A stretch of 63,748 bases of DNA, filler included, from Octopus bimaculoides (lineage: Eukaryota): NCBI RefSeq assembly GCF_001194135.2. It is 6 parts of 5 records of this genome, joined end to end, with 100 filler letters (N's around TTAATTAATTAA, not from the genome) between each part and the next. Parts side by side here need not be neighbours in the genome. Positions count along the whole stretch, not along the records: positions 1 to 17,576 come from NC_068984.1; positions 17,677 to 36,221 come from NC_069002.1; 4 more parts are not named here. One strand, given 5' to 3'. Under the pieces are notes generated by a model. That model did no database searches. It saw only the letters and a program-made list of their open reading frames with translations, and was not told the DNA's origin. A program made the translations under genes and the position numbers. Shown one piece after another: positions 13,615 through 26,444 of this stretch. Position 1 is the stretch's first letter. Every line of letters begins with the position of its first letter.

Positions 13615-14371
13615 TTAATATATTTGTGCGCTAACCATTATAACTATCGCTTTTAGAATATTTGCATTAAGATTTAGTTCCAGTAATCTTATATTTGCTT
13701 GGGTTAAGCGTCTCTAATTCATTTCTGGTTACACTCTGTACTCCGAACAAATACATTTACAAATTAAACGAAACCCTGTCATGTCCTTTATGCACAAGCC
13801 AGCCTGAACTTCTGCAGACTGGCTTGTATATAAGGAAATCTGGAAACTGGTACCGATTTCTTTGAAAATCACTTTCTTCTGTCAATCTCTTTAATTACAT
13901 CTTTCATCCATTTATATTTACCAGAATAAATTCCCTGCAGCTCTTTAAGGATGAGACATTTTCCAATAATTCTCCACTGACTAATTATTCCCTCACATCC
14001 AATCTAGTTAGGGTTGTTTACGACCAGTTTACATGCGTCCTTACCTAACCTACTCTGCACTCCGTGGCCTTATATCGACGTACCGACGTCTGGAGGCCAT
14101 TTCATTATTGTTTCACTGACTTGCTTATTGCATCACTACGAGACAGAAATAGGAATAAAGATTAACAGAAGAGGGGGAAAAAACAAGAAACAATAAAAAC
14201 CTATTTCTATTTCTGTTCTCTTTTATTGATAAAATATATTTAATGTGTCAAACATTATCAATAAAATTCACCTTCAAAACACTATTATTGGTTTCTCGCT
14301 GTTAGCTGTGTGTCTTCATTCGCGAATATGAAGTGAAGCTATCTCAAATGTCGACGACGACAATGATGATG

Positions 14372-14404
<33 letters not shown>

Positions 14405-14496
14405 GCGACAACGATGGCGGTTGTGATGGTGAGAACAATAACAGCAAGAATATTTATTACTCAAAATAGTAAGAACTGCAACAACAACAGTAATAA

Positions 14497-16075
14497 TCTT
14501 TTATTAGCCACACGGGCATAGATGAGGGGCGGTCATCACAGGGACAGGCAACGATTCGTGTGGGCATTTTCATAAAGGATGGAGTGAAAGAAATGGAAAA
14601 GACAGTGAAATGGGATAAAAACATGTGATAACATGAATGATGTAGTCCTCCTGAATATAGGTGAAACTTCCACAAGGGCCAATCAAGGAACTCCATAGTT
14701 CCAGGATTATCCTGACGACCAAAGGTACGAGCCCTCACCCAACCGTTCTCTCCAATCTTCAGGCACCTACTTAGAGTAGAGCCATTCACTTTAACCATTT
14801 TTGCCATAGTCACCCATCTTTTCACAAATTCATTGACAGCACTTCCCTCTCCACCCCCACTTTCCTTTTCAAGTGGAACTTTAAAAAGTCGATGAGCGCT
14901 TGACCGAAGAGGATGGTGTCTTTCCTCAATCGTTTCAGCCTCGTCCATCCCCACCTCTTTCGCCATAGCCACTGGACAGAAGAACACCGTCTGCCCTGCT
15001 TTGTTAAAGGTGGCTGGTGGGGTGATCCTCACGATAGAGTCATCCCCGGAGTTGGATTCGTTCCACACGTTATAACAACTGTTCGATATAACTGCACAAG
15101 TTAACAATACTTAGATACTGCATGGGTGTATGCAGAGCAGTTTCATCGTTTAGCGCGTATCTTGGACAGTTCCGCCTGACATCGCTTCTGTGTCGCTAGA
15201 GTTTATCTCCAACTGGCAACTAGTTTATTCTTGTCAACGCCTAGAGTTATCCCGAAAACCTGATCGTTCTTACCCACCACTACATTTCTATTTATTGTTA
15301 ATACAGAACTTCCACCGACCGTATTTCTCGACTTGTAGAGAAGTGAGCGCCTGACAACATTCTAGATGTTAGGCACTTCATATTTGTCTTTCCTTGACCC
15401 AGGATTGCAATTCTGTCCAAGAGATGAGCCTCGGACAAACGTATCCCACAAACGAGCACCACACCGGATCACCGTCTCGGAAAATCTTTGAGTGACGCAG
15501 CCGCATCGCGTGTCGGCGCCTTAGCAACCATGGATTGCCAAATCCACCACCCAGAGGGCGCTGGTAATAGATGGCCCGCCTTCCACAGGAAGCGGTAAAA
15601 TAAATGCTCCAGTTGGGCCAAACGTGAACTGAGGCTAGGTACAAAGGTCTGGCAATAAGTTATTAAAGATGCGATGTTCGCATTCGCCACCTCTGATCAA
15701 CCTTTCAGGGATAATTTCCTCTCGGCCCATTTCTGAGTGAAACTAGCTACCCTTGTCCCTACCTGGAGGTCAGGTTCAAACCAGACCCCCGAGCAATTTC
15801 TATGGTCCGTCTGTCAATCGAACGACTTATTACGCTGTTCGTTGACATTGTCTTGCTTGTCCGTGTGCCGAGCCACAGGCCTAGCGACTTGTTCAGATTT
15901 ATCGTAGCCCCTGCCATCTCCTCATTTTCCTTTAAAATAGAATCGACAACCTGAAACCCGGCAGTGTCCGACGCCATGAGCGTGATGTCATCCGCTGATG
16001 CCGATGCGGTTCTCCAGCATCCTGGTTCGAGTTGGACGCCTTTCAAGAGTTCTAGTTTCTGTAGCAAAGGCTCGA
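14497..16075 (-). mobile_element. 5'-truncated, decayed L1/Tx1-like LINE
   Basis: ASADDITLMASD (degenerate YADD)...GATINLNKSLGLWLG; ANIASLITY..RLAQLEHLFYRFLWK; C-terminal FHLKRKVGVEREVLS..FVKRWVTMAKMV; 3' tail ending ctaataaaaga. Multiple frameshifts. Confidence 0.85.
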
Positions 16076-16214
16076 GGGCCAGGACGTAGAGAAGAGATGA
16101 GAAAGGGAAGGAGGGAGAGGGATATAAAGAAGGAGAGAGATGGGAAGAAAGAGGAAAGGCTAGAGAAAGAGGGAGAGAGTGAGAGAAAGAAAGAGAAAGA
16201 GGGGAGACAGAGGT

Positions 16215-16264
<50 letters not shown>

Positions 16265-16604
16265 TTGCATCATCACTGCTGCCGTGGTAGTGTAATCCAA
16301 CTGCAAACTATCGATCGAAGAGAGAAGAGACGGAAGGTCCTTAGAAACGGTCAGTTTAACTGGTCGGAAGTTTATGAGTCAGACATCGATTGACTTTAGA
16401 GATTGTGACCTAACAGAAGGGAACCGTGTGACATGGCAGAGCAGCAGACAGGTATGACAGGTACCGTTTGACTCTGTAGAGTGGCATCTTATAATTTAGT
16501 AGGCCAGAACTCGTTTGGCCTTGCAGACAGGTACTCGATTGGTCTAGTAGAATCGAATCTAATCAACTTGCTCAACTGCAGCTCTCTCTCTCTCTCTCTT
16601 TGTT

Positions 16605-16714
16605 TCTTCTTCTTCTTCTTCTTCTTCTTCTTCTTCTTCTTCTTCTTCTTCTTCTTCTTCTTCTTCTTCTTCTTCTTCTTCTTCTTCTTCTTCTTCTTCT
16701 TCTTCTTCTTCTTC
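16605..16714. repeat. Pure (TTC)n/(GAA)n microsatellite, ~35 units
   Basis: Directly visible. Confidence 0.97.
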
Positions 16715-17188
16715 CTCTTCCATTCCCACTCTCTCCCTCTCTGTGCTCACCGACTGGAGTAAAGGAGTAAAAGATGCAAGCAGAAATCGTTAATTCATGT
16801 TTCTATGACAACCCGAATATTTCTGTACATCTGCAGCAGCAACAACAACATCAATAGCAACAGTAGTGACCAAATCAACTGGAAAAATAACAAAAATAAC
16901 CAAAAAAGAAAGAAAAAAAGCAAAAAAATAGCACCCTCACCCATCTCATATAAAACTATTTAATATATCTTATTTTCAAGTTGGCAACTCTAATAAATTT
17001 GGTTTGAAGCAGCGATCAAAGAATTAGTTTTGTAGCTATTCTGTTAATAAACGCTTTTTCTATAGTCATCGATGATTCATCAATCGACAGCGTTTAACCG
17101 ATCAAGCACCACTGATCAAAGATATCGAACACCAACAAATTCACTTCCCTTTCACGTATATATAACATATTTTTTTTTACTTTGTCAT

Positions 17189-17335
17189 AACATGGATATA
17201 TATGTGTATATGGATATATGTGTGTATATGGATATATGTGTGTATATGGATATATATGTGTATATGGATATATATGTGTATATGGATATATATGTGTATA
17301 TGGATATATGTGTGTATATGGATATATGTGTGTAT
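17189..17335. repeat. 18-bp minisatellite (atggatatat[a/g]tgtgtat), ~8 copies
   Basis: Directly visible. Confidence 0.93.
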
Positions 17336-17676
17336 AGTTATGTATGTGCATGCATATAGATATGTTTGTGTATTCACTTAAATAAAAAATATCGGTTGTG
17401 TAAATGTGCTTATGTAGATAAAAATATACATATGTATGTGTTTATGATCACACACACACACACATATGTAATGTATATACACACACAAACGTGCACATCA
17501 ACATATATATATACATGTGTACGTGTATATATAAATATATATCTATATATTTGTATATATATATATATATATATATNNNNNNNNNNNNNNNNNNNNNNNN
17601 NNNNNNNNNNNNNNNNNNNNTTAATTAATTAANNNNNNNNNNNNNNNNNNNNNNNNNNNNNNNNNNNNNNNNNNNN

Positions 17677-17710
<34 letters not shown>

Positions 17711-18087
17711 TTCAGTTCTGTCCCTCTGACGCTTTTTGCGCATACGTTTCACCGCATAAATTGTATAATACAATGTACACAGAAAAAGACAAGCATATAT
17801 AGATATAGATTTGTTTTTAATTTATATACATTTTATCTTAAACATTTTGAATCATATATAAAATCCTCTATAATCATTGCCAGTATGTATAATAAATATG
17901 TTGATAGGTAGTTTCGATATGTAGATATATTCGCTAATATTATAGTGTTCCTTCCGAAATATACACTCACACACGTATATTTATGTAGATAATTGAATAT
18001 CTTCATTTGCATATCTATTGTGCGTATGTACGTACGAATTCGGGTTTATATCTACTTACACAAATATTAGAAATATGTTTAAGCATG

Positions 18088-18122
<35 letters not shown>

Positions 18123-18668
18123 NNNNNNNNNNATATATATATATATATTTATATATATATGAATGTATGTGTGTGTGTGTGTGGGTATGTGTGTGTATAA
18201 ATGTATGTAAATCTGAAACTAAATCTGAAACACTACATTATGCTTACATATTCGCCCATTAATTATCCATTACGCATTGCTCCTCCTCTTCCCACTCCTC
18301 CTTCATATAACAGAACCGCCTTCACCTTCCTTAGTTTTATTACTTATATATACATATCAGATTCTCTCAGTCTCTCTCTCTCTCTCTCTGTCTCTTTCTG
18401 TCTCTGTCTCTCTGTCTCTCTGTAATGTTAAACTGGTATGAGGGACCATGATCAATATATATTGACATAATTAAACAGAGAAATAAACAAATAAGCAAAT
18501 AAGCGTTATTAGCCTCCTCCCACCGTTACCACGACATATTTTGTGACACCAAGTACTGAGCATAATATACATATCTTTCAAATTTTGGCACCAAGTCCTG
18601 AGATTCTGAAGGAGTAGGGCCAGTCGATGCTATCGACCCCAGTGCATTACTGGTACGTGTTTTGCCGG

Positions 18669-19170
18669 AATTCTGCTTTACGCATGGCATATAACCCCTC
18701 ACAATTGTCTTATATTTTGGAATTTTCGGAAAATTTTAAACGAATTTATATTCATCACACAGGAATTTATACGACAATATAAAAACCAAAAGAAAATAAA
18801 AAAAGAATTGTGATTTAAGGGGTATCTAGATGTTATTTTTAGCACAACCCACGACTGCCTGATACCTGCTCATTCGTTTGTTGTTCTGACGTAATGATGC
18901 TTTCAATATCTTTCTCCTTATAAACACATTTAATGGTCTATTACTAAGATTTAAAGCTAAGATTTAAACTGAGTTTAAACTGCGATTTAAAAAAAAAAAA
19001 CAATTTTTTTTTTTTTAAATGAGAAAAACAATTTCGAAAAAATTTCAAAATTTTCCTTTCATAGTCTTATGAATTCCCATGTGTAGATTACAAATTCACG
19101 AATATTTTCTGAAAATTTCAAAGAACAAAAGAAGTTATAAGGGATTACATGCCGTGCATAAAGCAGAATT
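18669..19170. mobile_element. MITE/foldback element with long imperfect TIRs, inserted in a SINE tail
   Basis: Left aattctgctttacgcatggcatataacccc versus reverse-complemented right aattctgctttatgcacggcatgtaatccc; weaker inverted similarity continues ~100 bp inward. The flanks join into the SINE-tail sequence gtcgat..atcgaccccagt..actggtac | ttcatcgcccccgaaag..gtcgac. Confidence 0.75.
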
Positions 19171-19721
19171 GCACCCTTGTTTCATCGCCCCCGAAAGATT
19201 GAAAGTCAAGTCGACATCGGCGGAATTTAAATACTGAATAAAAAGAAACGGAAGAAATGCAGCTGACTATTTTATCCGGCAGGGTAAAAATTCTAGCGGC
19301 CGATCGCATTAGTTTGGTCTTAGAGCTTATAGTTNNNNNNNNNNNNNNNNNNNNNNNNNNNNNNNNNNNNNNNNNNNNNNNNNNNNNNNNNNNNNNNNNN
19401 NNNNNNNNNNNNNNNNNNNNNNNNNNNNNNNNNNNNNNNNNNNNNNNNNNNNNNNNNNNNNNNNNNNNNNNNNNNNNNNNNNNNNNNNNNNNNNNNNNNN
19501 NNNNNNNNNNNNNNNNNNNNNNNNNNNNNNNNNNNNNNNNNNNNNNNNNNNNNNNNNNNNNNNNNNNNNNNNNNNNNNNNNNNNNNNNNNNNNNNNNNNN
19601 NNNNNNNNNNNNNNNNNNNNNNNNNNNNNNNNNNNNNNNNNNNNNNNNNNNNNNNNNNNNNNNNNNNNNNNNNNNNNNNNNNNNNNNNNNNNNNNNNNNN
19701 NNNNNNNNNNNNNNNNNNNNN

Positions 19722-19756
<35 letters not shown>

Positions 19757-20494
19757 GTATATATATATATATAATATATATATATATCAAGCTGTCTGCC
19801 TGTCTGTCTGTCGGTCTGTCATTCTATCCATCCATCTATCTATCTATCCATCTATCTATATGTCTGTCCGTCTATCTATCTATCTATCTATCTATCTCTC
19901 TTATCTCTCTTATCTATCTATCTAGTTAGCTATTTAACAACTTAAAACATCTGCAAATGAAGAAAAGATGCAAAATTATCAATGCACTGCTGAATTCAGA
20001 AATGAATATAAAGTGAAAAAATTTATCAAAAATTTATTGAAAAATTGTGATAGAAGTTGATAAATAGATTAACACAGAGCATGAGATGGTGTGTGCTGGA
20101 GAAAGGGGGAGGAAGAGAGAGAGAGAGAAATAGAGGGGGGTTCGTGGAGGGAGTGAGTTTACAGAGGAATGGGGAAGATTTCGGGGCTGGGAGGAGATAT
20201 TAGAAATTGAAAAAAAAAAAAAGATTTCGAAAATAAATTTTAAATCTGAGCTCTAAATGAAATTAAATCACCGTAAACAACAACAACAACAACAGCAGTA
20301 GCAGCAAGTACAATAACAACAAAAGCACATTGAACAACAACAACAACAATAGCCATAAACTACCAAGGATAGCTTCCACTACAGTATACATAAGCATATA
20401 ATTATTTAAATGGCTCACACACAAGTACACACACACACACACACATACGCACACACATATATATATAGATATAGTTTATATATATAAACTTTGT

Positions 20495-20750
20495 GGAGGC
20501 GCGTGGCCTAGTGGTTAGGGTGTCAGCACAATGATCGTAAGATTTTGGTTTCGATTCCTGGACCGGGCGACGCGTTGTATTCTTGCGCAAAACACTTAAT
20601 TCTACGTTGCTCCAGTCCACTCAGCTGGCAAAAATGAGTAACGCCGCGATGGACTGGCGTCCCGTCCAGCTGGGGAACACATACGCCATTGAAACCGGGA
20701 AACCGGGCCCATGAGCCTGGTTAGGCTTTAAAAGGGCGCATTTATTTTTT
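20495..20750 (+). mobile_element. tRNA-derived SINE, near full length
   Basis: A box tggcctagtgg, B box ggtttcgattcc, body gttgctccagtccactcagctg, tail gatggactggcgtcccgtccag, T-rich end. Confidence 0.85.
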
Positions 20751-20796
20751 TTATACTCTATATTTAATCGCACAATATGTATATATAAAATATATA

Positions 20797-21160
20797 CAGG
20801 CGTGGGTGTGTGGTATGAAGTTTTTTTTTCTCCTAAATATGCGGGTCCGGGTTCAGTCCCAATGCGAGGCACTTTGGGCGAGTGTCTTCTACTATAGCCT
20901 CAGACCGACCAATGCTTTGTGAGGGACGGAAAATGAAAGAAGCAGCCCCCTATATAAAGATATATATATATACGAGGTGCATATATCTGTTTCTGTCCCC
21001 CACACCACCGCCTCACAGCTAGTGTTGGTGTGTTTACGTCTCGTACATTAGCGGCTCGGTAAAAGGCCCCGATCAAATAAGTTCTGGCGGCGATTCGATT
21101 GAGTAAAATTCTTCAAGGCAGTGCCCCAGCATGACCAGAGGCTAATGACTGAAACAGATA
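20797..21160 (+). mobile_element. tRNA-derived SINE, second family (gtggtaag..ggttcagtccca..aagtgtcttctactatagcc)
   Basis: Head gtgtgtggta..gggttcagtccca; body shared with >=8 other copies in the window; tail gtgccccagcatg..aatgactgaaac. Confidence 0.8.
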
Positions 21161-21164
21161 ATAT

Positions 21165-21548
21165 ATGAGGCTGACTGAAAAGTAAGGAACGTTTTGAAAT
21201 ATGAAGTGCATCAAAATATATTTCAACAATGCGGAAATTTTATTCATCAAAGTAAGTACCATTACAATCAAAACATTTTTGCCAACGAGTTACAAGTTTG
21301 TTTATTCAGGAAACCATCAAGGTGCTTAAAAAAGGGGGTACTCGGTAGGAGAAAGGTCTGGGGAATAAGCTGGGGGAGGGGGAAGAACATCGAAGTTCCC
21401 TCAACTTCTGGTGCGTCATTAGGGAAACGTGTGTTCGAGCTTTGTGATGAAGAATGATTGGTTCTCTTCTGTTGACCAGTCTGGGACGGAGGAATAGCAG
21501 TTTTTCGTTCATTTTGGCAATTACATGGAAATACATTTCTGCAATAGT
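21165..21548 (-). mobile_element. Mariner 3' fragment (Hsmar1/cecropia-like), truncated by a SINE
   Basis: LRPRLVNRREPIILHHKARTHVSLMTHQKLREL and FFKHLDGFL resemble NRKGPILLHDNARPH..FFKHLD of Hsmar1-type transposases; TIR-like atgaggctgactgaaaagt at 21165. Confidence 0.78.
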
Positions 21549-21713
21549 GCAAAAGGGCCGATACGGCTTGGCACCAGTGGCATCACAACTCATTTCTACC
21601 GCTGAGTGAACTGGAGCAACGTGAAATAAAGTGTCTTGCTCAAGAACACAACACGCAGCCTGGTCTGGGAATCGAACTCACATCCTCACAACCACTGAGC
21701 CATGCGCCTTCAC
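21549..21713 (-). mobile_element. tRNA-derived SINE
   Basis: Reverse complement has ggcgcatggctcagtgg (A box) and gagttcgattccc (B box); same family as 54468-54655. Confidence 0.85.
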
Positions 21714-21716
21714 TGT

Positions 21717-21788
<72 letters not shown>

Positions 21789-24027
21789 ATGTACGTACAT
21801 ATATACACATATACATACATATAAATACGGGTGTATATATGAATGCACTAATAAATGTGTGTCCATATAAATATGTTTGCATGTATGTAGATACATGCAT
21901 ACGTATATACATGTTTATATGGCACTCACACATACGGTCTCTCTTTTTCGCATTAAGAGACTAACATACTCACATATTCACACACATTAAAAAAAAATAT
22001 GCACACATACACATACACGCGCAGACAATTCAACCTCCATCTGCAAACCGTGACAGTACACTGCTGCTAAATACGATGCAAACAAACACAGAAGCCAGCA
22101 ATTTCTTGTTAAAGCTAAAGAAGGCATATTTTCCACTCGAGTTGGCATTTCTTTTAACAACTTAAAAATACGCTCCAGCCTCTAAATACTAAACAGTAGG
22201 GCAATTGAGGCAAGCTTCTGTTCAGAGCTCCCTTAATGGCATTCGAACCCGCTGGGAAAGTAGATACTTAACTGCCAACTCAATAGTTTCTCTCTTTGTC
22301 TTGAAACCTCACCACCCCTGTAAAAATGCACGTCACACCACACCGATGTACAATATTACACTTCACCATATCACACTACGTCCACAACACACCACCTTCC
22401 CGTAACTCTTCGCTTATATCCGCACCACGCCACACACGTCTTCTATCTTATTCTCCACCTCTCTTTACCTGTCGTCTGTTTCTTTGAATTTTCCTCCCAT
22501 CGTCTGATTTCTTCCATTTTTGTTTTATCATCTTTGCTTACCTTTTTTTGCTTTTATTGTCTACTTTTATTTTTTATCATTTCATCTCGTAATCTCTATT
22601 TTACCTTACATCTTACCTTTTCTTTTCTTTATCTTCTTATCTCCTACTCTCTCTCTCTCTCTTTCTTTCTGTCCCTCTGTTTCTCTATCTCTGTCTCCCA
22701 CCCCATCAATCTCATTTTTGCTTTCTCCTTCATATTAATCTGCTATTTCACCATTATTTCCTCTCCTCTTTAGCTCTTTTTTCTTTGTTTCTCTCTTCAA
22801 TTCTTTTTTCATTCTTCCATTCTCCCAATCAGTCAAATCTCTTTTCTCTTTGTGTTTGTATACAAATTTATATTTCTTTCTCCTACTCCTCCGCCTTCTA
22901 TGGTTTCACTGTCCTCTCTGCTTCTACTCCCATCTCCTGATTCTTCTTCTTCATGGTTTACCGGCGGTCTCACTCTACTTACATTAACGAAGCCATCTTA
23001 AATACATTCACACAGAGCACTCATGTACGGGGACCAAGACAGGCATACATACATACATGGAAACAAATACATATTCATATATACATACGNNNNNNNNNNN
23101 NNNNNNNNNNNNNNNNNNNNNNNNNNNNNNNNNNNNNNNNNNNNNNNNNNNNNNNNNNNNNNNNNNNNNNNNNNNNNNNNNNNNNNNNNNNNNNNNNNNN
23201 NNNNNNNNNNNNNNNNNNNNNNNNNNNNNNNNNNNNNNNNNNNNNNNNNNNNNNNNNNNNNNNNNNNNNNNNNNNNNNNNNNNNNNNNNNNNNNNNNNNN
23301 NNNNNNNNNNNNNNNNNNNNNNNNNNNNNNNNNNNNNNNNNNNNNNNNNNNNNNNNNNNNNNNNNNNNNNNNNNNNNNNNNNNNNNNNNNNNNNNNNNNN
23401 NNNNNNNNNNNNNNNNNNNNNNNNNNNNNNNNNNNNNNNNNNNNNNNNNNNNNNNNNNNNNNNNNNNNNNNNNNNNNNNNNNNNNNNNNNNNNNNNNNNN
23501 NNNNNNNNNNNNNNNNNNNNNNNNNNNNNNNNNNNNNNNNNNNNNNNNNNNNNNNNNNNNNNNNNNNNNNNNNNNNNNNNNNNNNNNNNNNNNNNNNNNN
23601 NNNNNNNNNNNNNNNNNNNNNNNNNNNNNNNNNNNNNNNNNNNNNNNNNNNNNNNNNNNNNNNNNNNNNNNNNNNNNNNNNNNNNNNNNNNNNNNNNNNN
23701 NNNNNNNNNNNNNNNNNNNNNNNNNNNNNNNNNNNNNNNNNNNNNNNNNNNNNNNNNNNNNNNNNNNNNNNNNNNNNNNNNNNNNNNNNNNNNNNNNNNN
23801 NNNNNNNNNNNNNNNNNNNNNNNNNNNNNNNNNNNNNNNNNNNNNNNNNNNNNNNNNNNNNNNNNNNNNNNNNNNNNNNNNNNNNNNNNNNNNNNNNNNN
23901 NNNNNNNNNNNNNNNNNNNNNNNNNNNNNNNNNNNNNNNNNNNNNNNNNNNNNNNNNNNNNNNNNNNNNNNNNNNNNNNNNNNNNNNNNNNNNNNNNNNN
24001 NNNNNNNNNNNNNNNNNNNNNNNNNNN

Positions 24028-24060
<33 letters not shown>

Positions 24061-24860
24061 CCTAAATAGAAGCATACATACAAATAATTCCGTACACATT
24101 TACATACATACATGGAAACAAATACATATTCATATATACATACGTGCATGTTTACATGTATTCATGCACACATGCACTCATATATACAAGCATAAACATA
24201 TACACTCATAAAAACATATATACATATATGCATACATACATACAAACAAACATATTCATGCATACATAAATACATATATACATAAATACATCCGTACATT
24301 TATACATATTTACATATATATTACAAATTAAAAGAGTAAAGGATTATCAATTTATTAATTAATAAATCAATTAATAATTAATAATTTTTACCAAGCCCAT
24401 CGGTATGAAAGCACCATTATTGGTGAGATTCTCAGCTTTTTTAGCTGATATTTTATGAACTTCGGTATATGGTGAAGCAAATATTTTGCTGATCCCTTAA
24501 TTATATGTATTTACATATATATGTATATACACCTCTGTATAATGTGAAGTAAAAGAACCAAAACAAAACAAACCTATTCCCATATTTCGTCTTTCTGTTA
24601 AAAATATGCTCGTTAATAGTTGTTATTCTTCGCCGATTACTAAAAAGGCAGTCATCATCACGATGGTCGTTCGTTTATGCTGATGAAATTGTTAGAAGAC
24701 TCATAAAATAACAAAGTAAGCTATATCGGCGAAAACGATCTCCTGCACACAAGAGCGCTAGTTGTTATATTCTATTTATTCAGTAAAACGACACACGCCG
24801 TTACTTCTATAAGCATCACACGAAAACCACACGTTGACAAATGTGTGTGTGTGTGTGTCA

Positions 24861-24901
<41 letters not shown>

Positions 24902-25546
24902 NNNNNNNNNNNNNNNNNNNNNNNNNNNNNNNNNNNNNNNNNNNNNNNNNNNNNNNNNNNNNNNNNNNNNNNNNNNNNNNNNNNNNNNNNNNNNNNNNNN
25001 NNNNNNNNNNNNNNNNNNNNNNNNNNNNNNNNNNNNNNNNNNNNNNNNNNNNNNNNNNNNNNNNNNNNNNNNNNNNNNNNNNNNNNNNNNNNNNNNNNNN
25101 NNNNNNNNNNNNNNNNNNNNNNNNNNNNNNNNNNNNNNNNNNNNNNNNNNNNNNNNNNNNNNNNNNNNNNNNNNNNNNNNNNNNNNNNNNNNNNNNNNNN
25201 NNNNNNNNNNNNNNNNNNNNNNNNNNNNNNNNNNNNNNNNNNNNNNNNNNNNNNNNNNNNNNNNNNNNNNNNNNNNNNNNNNNNNNNNNNNNNNNNNNNN
25301 NNNNNNNNNNNNNNNNNNNNNNNNNNNNNNNNNNNNNNNNNNNNNNNNNNNNNNNNNNNNNNNNNNNNNNNNNNNNNNNNNNNNNNNNNNNNNNNNNNNN
25401 NNNNNNNNNNNNNNNNNNNNNNNNNNNNNNNNNNNNNNNNNNNNNNNNNNNNNNNNNNNNNNNNNNNNNNNNNNNNNNNNNNNNNNNNNNNNNNNNNNNN
25501 NNNNNNNNNNNNNNNNNNNNNNNNNNNNNNNNNNNNNNNNNNNNNN

Positions 25547-25583
<37 letters not shown>

Positions 25584-25874
25584 TATATATGCGTGTTTGT
25601 GTGCGTCTGGGCATATTTATATATAATTCCTTAGATGTGTATATTGAGTTATTCAACTCAAATTTATCTGATATGTAAATATTTAGAAATATGATATAAT
25701 ATCAAATGACACATTCCTATATCTAAAACACTCCAGCGCGGCGTTTATAGTTTCTCTGTTCTTTTGAGGTTTATTTTAATCACCACCACGACGGCGATGA
25801 CAAACCACCACCTGATAACATACCCAGCTTTACAGCTACACAGCTGTACATACCCGCTTACGAACACATGCAAA

Positions 25875-26444
25875 CGTGGCTTCGTCTTGAAGAGGCTTGC
25901 TTACCAAACCTGTGGTCTTCGGTTTAGTCCCACTGCATGAAATCTTCGGCAAGTGTCTTCTACTAAATTTCGGTCTGACTAAAGTTTAATGAGTGAGTTT
26001 TGTACATGGAAACGGAAAGTGTCTTCTACTAAATCTCGGTCTGACTAAAGTTTAATGAGTGAGTTTTGTACATGGAAACGGAAAGTGTCTTCTACTAAAT
26101 TTCGGTCTGACTAAAGTTTAATGAGTTTCGTACTTGGAAATGGAAAGTGTCTTCTGCTAAATTCCGGTCTGACTAAAGTTTAATGAGTGAGTTTTGTACA
26201 TGGAAACAGAAAGTGTCTTCTACTAAATTTCGGTCTGACTAAAGTTTAATGAGTTTTGTACTTGGAAACGGAAAGTGTCTTCTGCTAAATTCCGGTCTGA
26301 CTAAAGTTTAATGAGTGAGTTTTGTACATGGAAACGGAAAGTGTCTTCTACTAAATTTCGGTCTGACTAAAGTTTAATGAGTTTCGTACTTGGAAACGGA
26401 AAGTGTCTTCTGCTAAATTCCGGTCTGACTAAAGTTTAATGAGT
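25875..26444 (+). repeat. SINE-derived minisatellite: degenerate SINE head followed by >=8 tandem 66/62-bp units of the SINE body
   Basis: Units start at 25951, 26017, 26083, 26145, 26211, 26273, 26339, 26401. The unit aagtgtcttctactaaatttcggtctgactaaagtttaatgagtgagttttgtacatggaaacgga aligns to the SINE body aagtgtcttctactatagcctcgggctgaccagaggcttgtgagtggatttggtagacggaagctga. Runs into an N gap. Confidence 0.9.

Noticed and set aside
16262-16580. TG...CA-bounded unique segment as a solo LTR
   Set aside because: No TSD, no second copy, no PBS/PPT visible; unsupported.
17621-17632. TTAATTAATTAA isolated inside N runs (also 36266, 44296, 59172, 61620)
   Set aside because: Identical 12-mer centred in gaps with stops in all six frames: a scaffolding linker artefact, not biology.
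20495-20570. tRNA-like heads with A/B boxes (also 21640-21713, 28290-28390, 54468-54540)
   Set aside because: They continue into SINE bodies and lack a complete cloverleaf; not tRNA genes.
25951-26444. Regular 62-66-bp repeats as a CRISPR-like array or hammerhead tandem
   Set aside because: No unique spacers, no cas genes, eukaryotic context. CTGACTA does not fit the CUGANGA core and no stem II/III arrangement is present; the unit is SINE-derived.
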